Shown in pieces: positions 8,365 through 14,082 of a stretch of DNA of 14,082 bases. Source of the stretch: Planctomycetota bacterium (lineage in GTDB: Bacteria > Planctomycetota > GCA-002687715 > DRQF01); contig JALTLO010000033.1 in NCBI GenBank assembly GCA_027001995.1, positions 11,235 to 25,316 on the forward strand, read 5' to 3'. Position 1 is the first letter of the stretch; the number at the start of each line of letters is the position of its first letter. A model generated the notes under the pieces. That model was not told the origin of the DNA, did no database searches, and worked only from the letters and a program-made list of their open reading frames with translations. The position numbers were made by a program, and so were the translations under genes.

Positions 8365-9062
8365 TTCGTCGTCTCCAAAAAAGTGGCAAAATCAACGACT
8401 CGGTCAAAGCGCTCTAAAATGTCATGGTCATGAGTCACTGCTACGAGAGTAGCCGAGAGTCTTTGAATCTCTTCCTCCATCAGATCCAATACACTCTCTC
8501 GTGTTGAAGGGTCGAGATTGCCTGTGGGTTCATCGGCAAGAAAAATGGGCGGACTCAGAATCAAAGCGCGGCAAATCGCGACACGCTGTCTTTCGCCCTG
8601 GGAGAGTCTTTTCGGTTTTCGATCCAAGTATGAGCCAATACCTGCTCGCTGCGACAAGCGCCCCAGCTCCCCTTCGAATTCTCCTGGTTCACCCAATGTG
8701 GGCTCGAGAATGAAAGGCAAGAGAATGTTCTCCCGAACAGTGAGGGCTTCCAAAAGTTCAAACTCCTGAAAGACCATCCCCATGTTCTTCAGACGAAAAG
8801 CGCTGCAGCCGGCCTCAGAAGCCGCTGACACCGAAAAACCACCGACAGTCACTTGGCCGCGATTTGGCTTGAGAATGCCGGAGAGTAATTTGAGAAGTGT
8901 CGTTTTGCCCGAACCACTTGGTCCAATAAATGCCACCTTCTCCTGAGGTTTGACATCTAAACTCGGGATTCGAATGGCGAAGTCGCCGGAGGGATAGGAG
9001 AAAGTCAGGTCATCGACTCGAATACCCTTGCCTTCAATGTGACTCGTGTCGGTGTGCTTCAC
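8361..9062 (-). CDS. ABC transporter ATP-binding protein, LolD/MacB/FtsE-type
   Basis: 233 aa, GTG start overlapping the upstream stop (GTGA, 9062-9059). Walker [11 protein letters not shown]-loop [10 protein letters not shown], signature LSQGERQRV, Walker B/D-loop [12 protein letters not shown]-loop VTHD. Confidence 0.92.
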   Translation of the reverse strand: MKHTDTSHIEGKGIRVDDLTFSYPSGDFAIRIPSLDVKPQEKVAFIGPSGSGKTTLLKLLSGILKPNRGQVTVGGFSVSAASEAGCSAFRLKNMGMVFQEFELLEALTVRENILLPFILEPTLGEPGEFEGELGRLSQRAGIGSYLDRKPKRLSQGERQRVAICRALILSPPIFLADEPTGNLDPSTRESVLDLMEEEIQRLSATLVAVTHDHDILERFDRVVDFATFLETTK

Positions 9063-10288
9063 TTTATGATTCCGAGAGCTTTGGGGTCCATCCTACGTTG
9101 ATTCAAGATATCTACGTCCGAGATTCGCCAACCTTCCTCTCGTTCTCTCAAAGTGTAATCCGCAACATATTGATTCACTCGAATATGTTCATGGCCATAG
9201 TGCCCGACACGACCCGTAACTCGCCATTTGGCACGGACCTTGAATTCTCGCTTTTCAGGGTCTTTGGGCAAAGTAACCGTGCTTTTCAATATCTTCACTG
9301 AGCGAACCTGGCAAACGGCGCCGCCATCATCTCTCAGAACTAAGCTCTCAAATACTTCGCCATAAACCCGTTCAAGGAGCTCGCCGTCGACACTCCGCGC
9401 CAAGACATCATACACAGCTTCTTCATCCTCATGGTCAAAAGCTCGGTAGGTGTTCTGTTGAAGCGCCGCGAAAATATCTTGGGCTTCTTCCACTGTCGGA
9501 AGCTGAGCGTCGGCCATCCAAGGTGGTCGCATTGAACGTACCATTTGTCCTTGCAGAGCCACTGCCAAAACAAACAAAGCAGCCACCCCAATCCAGCGGA
9601 CACGGGTGCCCAATTTCAATGCGAAGCTCAAGAAAGCAAAGAAGATTAAACCAGCTAAACAGGCCACACTCAAGAGTGGAACACGGATGCGTGGGGGCGC
9701 TGGAGGCGGAACGGGGAGCACCAATTTCTTCTTCGGGTTTAGGGGCGCATGCCAAACGTATTCGGGCTCCGTCTCGTCCAAACCCACGGCGATTTGTTCG
9801 TCATCCCAAGCGAACAAGGCATCCAAACCTCTCAAAGGCCAATCCGGGAAGATCTCCCATTGATCCCAACGGAGTTTGATGCGTTTCGGTTTGTCCTTGA
9901 GGCTATAATTGAGCTTCACCTCAGCGTAGTCAATGGTGATGCCCTGGTGGTCCATGATGGGCTTAAAGACGATTTCCTGAATCGTAGGCGCCACGACAAT
10001 ACCATCGATCGTGACCATAGGATGTTTATTGAACCACGATTTCAGGGCTTCGATATGAGCTGGTCGCTCGCTCTCGGACAGCTCCATCCGTTTAACCCGA
10101 GTGACATTCATCCAGGCGTCGAAACAAGGAACAATGACGATCATTTTGCAGGTTAACTGCTCGTCTTGAACCTCGAAATCAAACCAAATCGGTGGCGGTT
10201 CATGGGGAGCCCTCACGGAGAATCCTTGAAGAAGGCCGCTGGCCAAGAGCAGAAAGCACGATAAGAAGACTATTTTGAGAGTTTTCAC
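9059..10288 (-). CDS. Uncharacterised membrane protein (signal peptide, two TM helices, C-terminal GHxGHxH motif)
   Basis: Start re-called to GTG 10288, 409 aa. This removes the overlap with the upstream gene and places a signal peptide (MKTLKIVFLSCFLLLASGLLQG...) at the N-terminus. Pro-rich linker LPVPPPAPP, two hydrophobic helices, C-terminal domain with YRAFD and WRVTGRVGHYGHEHIRVNQY. Confidence 0.8.
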   Translation of the reverse strand: MKTLKIVFLSCFLLLASGLLQGFSVRAPHEPPPIWFDFEVQDEQLTCKMIVIVPCFDAWMNVTRVKRMELSESERPAHIEALKSWFNKHPMVTIDGIVVAPTIQEIVFKPIMDHQGITIDYAEVKLNYSLKDKPKRIKLRWDQWEIFPDWPLRGLDALFAWDDEQIAVGLDETEPEYVWHAPLNPKKKLVLPVPPPAPPRIRVPLLSVACLAGLIFFAFLSFALKLGTRVRWIGVAALFVLAVALQGQMVRSMRPPWMADAQLPTVEEAQDIFAALQQNTYRAFDHEDEEAVYDVLARSVDGELLERVYGEVFESLVLRDDGGAVCQVRSVKILKSTVTLPKDPEKREFKVRAKWRVTGRVGHYGHEHIRVNQYVADYTLREREEGWRISDVDILNQRRMDPKALGIIK

Positions 10289-10294
10289 AAGGGC

Positions 10295-10323
10295 ATCGTA
10301 AGGCGAGAGGAAGGGATCATCAA
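10295..10323 (-). promoter_or_regulatory. Putative sigma70-type promoter TTGATG-17-TACGAT for the three-gene operon
   Basis: Minus strand: TTGATG (10323-10318), exactly 17 nt, TACGAT (10300-10295), 6 nt, GTG (10288). The upstream sequence is pyrimidine-rich with no SD. Confidence 0.6.
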
Positions 10324-10347
10324 GGCATACGATACCCCTTGGGGCTT

Positions 10348-11664
10348 TCACGGACTGCTTTGGGCCCAAGCCATGTCCTGAAGCTGTTCCGGACGCCTCG
10401 ACAAGAGTGCTGCCACTTCCGCCTTTCGTCTTTCTCCCCGGAATCGATGCCATATGGCCATGAATTCGAAACGGCTCTTGAGTTCAGAATCGCCCATGTT
10501 TTCCTGCCACCTCTCACCCCAAGATCGGTAGGGCATCTCTGACAAAAGAGAAGCGACTTCGCTCGATTCTAATGGCTCGGCCAAGGCCAAAGACACGTTT
10601 GCTTCTGGAGCCATGATTTTCTCTAAGCGAGCGAAAATGGGCTCCCCCTCTGGGAGATGGCTGCGCCCCCTTGTCAATCGCAGCTTGCGGTGTTCCATCA
10701 ACAACCAGGCAGCCACGGATGGCGGAAAATCGACTAAGGCCCCAACGCCGAAAACATGGGGATGAACAGGATCAATCCCATCCAATGAGGACGAAGCAGA
10801 TTCCAATCCTTCCACGATATTGGCTGAAAGACAAAACTCATCAAAGCGGCCATTGGCTCGTTTCGACTTCAGAAAGAAACCAACTCGGCCCTCTCGGTCG
10901 CAAGCTGAAACCAAGACTTCCAAATCAGTCTCCTCGTCTTGTGACCGCTCTGGATAATGCCATTGGGCCAACCGGCTTTGAATGCGCCGACGTTCTAAGG
11001 GCGCCAACTCATGAGATCGGATGGCTTGCAAAATCGAACGTCCGACAATGCCACCTTCTCGGCTTATGGCGTCTAAGGCGAGCTCACTCAAAGAGGATGG
11101 GCCACCATCAGTGAGGATGTTTCTGTACGCTACCCCTGCCGGAATTCTCTCATCTTGTCTCAACTCCTCGACGGCAAGAAAATTCGCGATTTGCATGTCT
11201 TCCCCTTCCAACTCATAGAGAGATTCAGCCAAGATTTCCGATTTCTTGGGATCGCGAAAAATGTGGCGTAACAGCATGCGGGTACGGAGCTCATGGAACA
11301 TAGCAAAGGTGTCCCCATCGAACGTCACCCCCATAGGGCTCTCCTCCGTAACTTGGGCATGGAGCAGAACCTCATAAGCGAGATAGCGAAGCCGTTCCTC
11401 TCTTGATGGATCAAGGGACATGTTCTTCAAACGGTCTCTTTGTTTCCCCAGCCCCAAACGATGAAACATGACGCAAACGAACATCTGAAAATCGTCTTCG
11501 ATAGGGCTTTTTTCCGCCAAATCGACAATCGTCTTGCGCATGAGCTCTTTGTCTTCTTCTTTGACCAGAGCGCCGATGCCAGCCTGATTCCCGCTGAGGC
11601 TATCGAGGACTCTTGCGATCCTGATCTTCGGGTTGTTCCAATCAGATCTTTCTTCTTGATTCAT
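10348..11664 (-). CDS. Hypothetical cytoplasmic protein
   Basis: Long ORF filling the gap. Start re-called to ATG 11664 with GGAGG 10 nt upstream, 438 aa. Glu/Arg/Leu-rich, no signal peptide or TM segment, no family recognised. Confidence 0.75.
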   Translation of the reverse strand: MNQEERSDWNNPKIRIARVLDSLSGNQAGIGALVKEEDKELMRKTIVDLAEKSPIEDDFQMFVCVMFHRLGLGKQRDRLKNMSLDPSREERLRYLAYEVLLHAQVTEESPMGVTFDGDTFAMFHELRTRMLLRHIFRDPKKSEILAESLYELEGEDMQIANFLAVEELRQDERIPAGVAYRNILTDGGPSSLSELALDAISREGGIVGRSILQAIRSHELAPLERRRIQSRLAQWHYPERSQDEETDLEVLVSACDREGRVGFFLKSKRANGRFDEFCLSANIVEGLESASSSLDGIDPVHPHVFGVGALVDFPPSVAAWLLMEHRKLRLTRGRSHLPEGEPIFARLEKIMAPEANVSLALAEPLESSEVASLLSEMPYRSWGERWQENMGDSELKSRFEFMAIWHRFRGERRKAEVAALLSRRPEQLQDMAWAQSSP

Positions 11665-11832
11665 ATCTTTCGACCTCCACAACACTGGACGTCAAGAATT
11701 GAGCCAATGGACCAAGAAAAGTGCGGACACCCGACTCTTCTGCCCCAGAAAACTGTAAATTGCCCCTCTTTCGGAGTTTCCCCCACACAGAATACTCGGG
11801 CAACCGAGCCCTTGACATTGCTCAGGACAAAC

Positions 11833-11862
11833 CTTGGACAATCCAAGCAATCTCGCTATTCT
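11833..11862 (+). promoter_or_regulatory. Putative pepD promoter (TGGACA-16-TATTCT) overlapped by palindrome CTTGGA-caa-TCCAAG
   Basis: TGGACA at 11835-11840 and TATTCT at 11857-11862. Palindrome arms at 11833-11838 and 11842-11847. AAGGAA SD precedes ATG 11903. Confidence 0.4.
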
Positions 11863-11902
11863 CAGCATCCTGCAAACTCAATAAATCCGAAGGAAACGAT
11901 CC

Positions 11903-13384
11903 ATGTCGAACCAAGAATGCGTCAAAGACTTAGAGCCCAAGATGGTTTGGGACATTTTCTCTCGACTCGCCGACGCTCCACGGCCCTCGAAGAAAGAAGA
12001 AAAAGTCAAAGCAGTCATTAAGAAGATCGCCGACGACGCTGGTTTTGAGTTGAAGGAAGACCGAGTTGGCAATTACGTGGTTTCTGTTCCCGGAACCTCC
12101 GGCTTCGAGAACGCCCCCACCACCGTTATTCAAGGCCACATCGACATGGTCTGCGAAAAGAATAACGACACAGTACACGATTTCGACAACGACCCCATCA
12201 AGCTGCGAATCGGAGAAAGCGCCAAGGGTAGGGCTTACGTCGATGCGGAGGGCACAACTTTAGGGGCTGACAATGGCATCGGCGTCGCCATGGGTTTGGC
12301 TGCCGCTCTCGATCCCCAAGTCGCCCATGGCCCTCTTGAATTGCTGATGACCATTGATGAAGAAGCTGGCATGACGGGGGCACAAAACGTCGACCCTGGA
12401 TTCATCACCGGCAAGTGTATGCTCAACTTGGATTCAGAAGAAGATGACGCTCTCTACGTGGGATGCGCAGGCGGTTGTGATGTCACTCTCGACTGGGACT
12501 TCCCCACATCATCCATGGCCGGAGAAACGGTTTGCAAACTCACAGTTAAGGGACTTCGAGGGGGGCACTCCGGGATCAATATTCACGAGAATCGTGGCAA
12601 CGCCGGCAAACTTCTGGCTCGAACAATCTTGGAGGCTGGCATTGAAGGCCTTCGCCTTGTCGACGGCAAATGCGGCAGCCTCAGGAACGCAATTCCAAGA
12701 GAAGCATGGGCAGTCCTCGCAGGCCCCAGCGACATCATCGCCCGCTTAGGTGAAGCAGCCAAGAAAATCCAAACCTTAGCAATCGAAGCTCACAATGAAT
12801 TGCAATGCCAAGTGACGGTGACCGAAGGCGAAGGCGACGAGGCCATTTCAGCGAAAGACACGAACACAATCGTTTCAACGTTCTTGGCACTGCCCAGTGG
12901 CGTCCAAGCTGTTGTTCCTGAGATTGCTGGGGAAATTCTCAGTTCCAACAACGCGGCCACTTTGGACGTAAAAAAGGCCAACGGCAATTGTCACGTGAAT
13001 ATCTGCTGCTTGGCCAGAAGTTCAGATCGCGACTCGCTCTACAACACAGTCCACCAAATTCGGTCTGTAGGCATCCTGGCCGGTGCCAAACTCTTCCACG
13101 GCAACGAGTACCCCGGCTGGAAGCCAGACATGCAATCCCATGCCTTGGAGATTTGCAAGAAGCTCTATTCAAGTGTATTCGGCGTGGAGCCCAGAATTGC
13201 TGCTATGCACGCCGGTTTGGAATGCGGTGTCATCAACACCAGTGTCGGGGGCGGCATGGACATGATCTCATTTGGTCCCACCATTCACGGTGCCCATAGC
13301 CCTGGCGAACGGGTCTACATTGATAGTGTCGAAAAAATCTGGCGCTACTTCGTCGTAGTCTTGAGTGAACTCGCCAAGAGTTAG
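11903..13384 (+). CDS. pepD: Aminoacyl-histidine (Xaa-His) dipeptidase, peptidase M20C
   Basis: 493 aa. Motifs PRPS, QGHIDMVCEK, TTLGADNGIG, TIDEEAGMTGA, NLDSEE, GGHSG, HAGLECG, SFGPTIHGAHSP. Confidence 0.96.
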   Translation: MSNQECVKDLEPKMVWDIFSRLADAPRPSKKEEKVKAVIKKIADDAGFELKEDRVGNYVVSVPGTSGFENAPTTVIQGHIDMVCEKNNDTVHDFDNDPIKLRIGESAKGRAYVDAEGTTLGADNGIGVAMGLAAALDPQVAHGPLELLMTIDEEAGMTGAQNVDPGFITGKCMLNLDSEEDDALYVGCAGGCDVTLDWDFPTSSMAGETVCKLTVKGLRGGHSGINIHENRGNAGKLLARTILEAGIEGLRLVDGKCGSLRNAIPREAWAVLAGPSDIIARLGEAAKKIQTLAIEAHNELQCQVTVTEGEGDEAISAKDTNTIVSTFLALPSGVQAVVPEIAGEILSSNNAATLDVKKANGNCHVNICCLARSSDRDSLYNTVHQIRSVGILAGAKLFHGNEYPGWKPDMQSHALEICKKLYSSVFGVEPRIAAMHAGLECGVINTSVGGGMDMISFGPTIHGAHSPGERVYIDSVEKIWRYFVVVLSELAKS

Positions 13385-13405
13385 GCGTTGAAGCCAAGGT
13401 TTTGC

Positions 13406-13436
13406 TCTCATGTTCAGGCTGATCGTGAACGTGAGA
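13406..13436 (+). terminator. Stem-loop downstream of pepD (possible terminator lacking a U-tract)
   Basis: TCTCATGTTCA (13406-13416) / 9-nt loop / TGAACGTGAGA (13426-13436): 11 bp with one G-U pair, followed directly by the IS end rather than a T-run. Confidence 0.5.
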
Positions 13437-13454
13437 TGCCTTGGTGCACAACTC
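13437..13454. repeat. Putative right terminal inverted repeat of the IS
   Basis: Resembles IS903-group ends and lies 37 nt past the reconstructed transposase stop. The partner IR is outside the window, so the boundary is uncertain by about 1 nt. Confidence 0.55.
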
Positions 13455-13491
13455 AAAAGGAGTCGCAGTTCGCCATCTTTGCCGACTATAT

Positions 13492-14082
13492 TCACCCGAT
13501 CATCTCGCTCTCAGGCATCCCAAGCGCCGTCATGATGTTCAGATCTTGCATCCGATTCTCGCCTCGACTCTTTGTGCCGCCAATCCTCTCGCTTGCATTG
13601 TCGGCGCAAAAATGGCTTTGTAGCGATGAAACATTGTCTCAACTTTGCTTCGCAAGCTGTAGCCCGACTCAATATGCCATCTTCGTTTTCCGAGTCGCTC
13701 TTGTTCTTTGATATTTCGATTGCGCTGTCGGTTGTTTTCAGTTTCCTCGGCAACTTTTGCGCCTTTGATTGGCGGCATCAGCACTCTCGGAGAGACATGC
13801 TCACTGTGTTTTTCGATCGCCTCATAAACGCAACTGGCGTCATAGGCAGCGTCGGCCCTCACCGAAGAAATGGGCCGATCGATCTGACCAAGAAGCGAAG
13901 GCACCCGGGACGAGTCTCCTGCTCTCTTACTTGTCAATTCGCAGGCGACAATTTCACCGGCCTGCTCATCTACAAATAGATGGAGCTTGCGATAGTCCCT
14001 GTTCTTGGTTGGTTTGCGGAGTTGTCCAACGTGGACAGAAAGGCCGCTACTATCGATCATTATGTGAATCGGCGACTTGCGA
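13492..14082 (-). pseudogene. IS5-family DDE transposase, 5'-truncated by the window, frameshifted near the 3' end
   Basis: The frame is open from the window edge (RKSPIHIMIDSSGL...). DDE motifs IDSSG, ADAAYD and GYSLRSKVET, plus RKLHL and PPIKGA. It stops at 13541-13539, but the expected tail LNIMTALGMPESEMIG* continues in an adjacent frame to TGA 13494-13492. Confidence 0.85.

Larger units (their letters stand above)
13437..14082 (-). mobile_element. IS5-family, IS903-group insertion sequence (right part; runs off the window)
   Basis: Contains an IS903-like DDE transposase. The terminal sequence TGCCTTGGTGCACAACTC (13437-13454) matches 12/18 positions of the IS903 IR as I recall it (GGCTTTGTTGAATAAATC). 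Confidence 0.85.

Noticed and set aside
10289..10347. Zur/Fur/NikR-type operator before the putative metal operon
   Set aside because: No AT-rich palindrome. Only a 5-bp CAAGG/CCTTG pair, which is expected by chance.
10289..10453. ORF-track start at 10453 for the membrane protein
   Set aside because: It overlaps the upstream gene by 106 nt and buries the signal peptide. GTG 10288 fits both the signal and the promoter spacing.
11440..12021. 193-aa plus-strand ORF spanning the hypothetical/pepD intergenic region
   Set aside because: It overlaps both flanking genes, has no recognisable domain and has a non-canonical start.
13388..13979. Plus-strand ORFs 13388-13711 and 13572-13979 as IS passenger genes
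   Set aside because: They are antisense to the transposase, one crosses the IS boundary, and neither has protein-like features.
1..14082. CRISPR array, tRNA/rRNA, prophage or defence genes
   Set aside because: No regularly spaced repeats, RNA-gene signatures or phage/defence protein motifs were seen by eye. All intergenic gaps are under about 240 nt.

Overview
A gene-dense bacterial window of roughly 50-55% GC (estimated by eye) from an organism with an outer membrane (lpxD present); the gene content is suggestive of, but does not prove, Planctomycetota/PVC. Left to right: the 5' part of modA (minus, runs off the left edge and is absent from the ORF track), a stand-alone lpxD, type I L-asparaginase ansA, a secreted GH113-like glycoside hydrolase, and two convergent paralogous membrane-anchored HEXXH (gluzincin/DUF1570-like) proteins sharing a bidirectional terminator. 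Next come a translationally coupled three-gene minus-strand operon (His-motif membrane protein, LolD/MacB-type ABC ATPase, atypical ZnuA/TroA-like lipoprotein) with no recognisable permease, an unknown 438-aa protein, pepD, and the 3' part of an IS5-family (IS903-group) element whose transposase has a 1-bp frameshift. The best candidates for undescribed biology are the permease-less putative metal-handling operon and the tail-to-tail metalloprotease-like pair. Three genes show a -10 box 5-6 nt before the start codon, suggesting leaderless mRNAs. Several ORF-track starts are re-called. All family assignments come from motif recognition by eye, not database searches.
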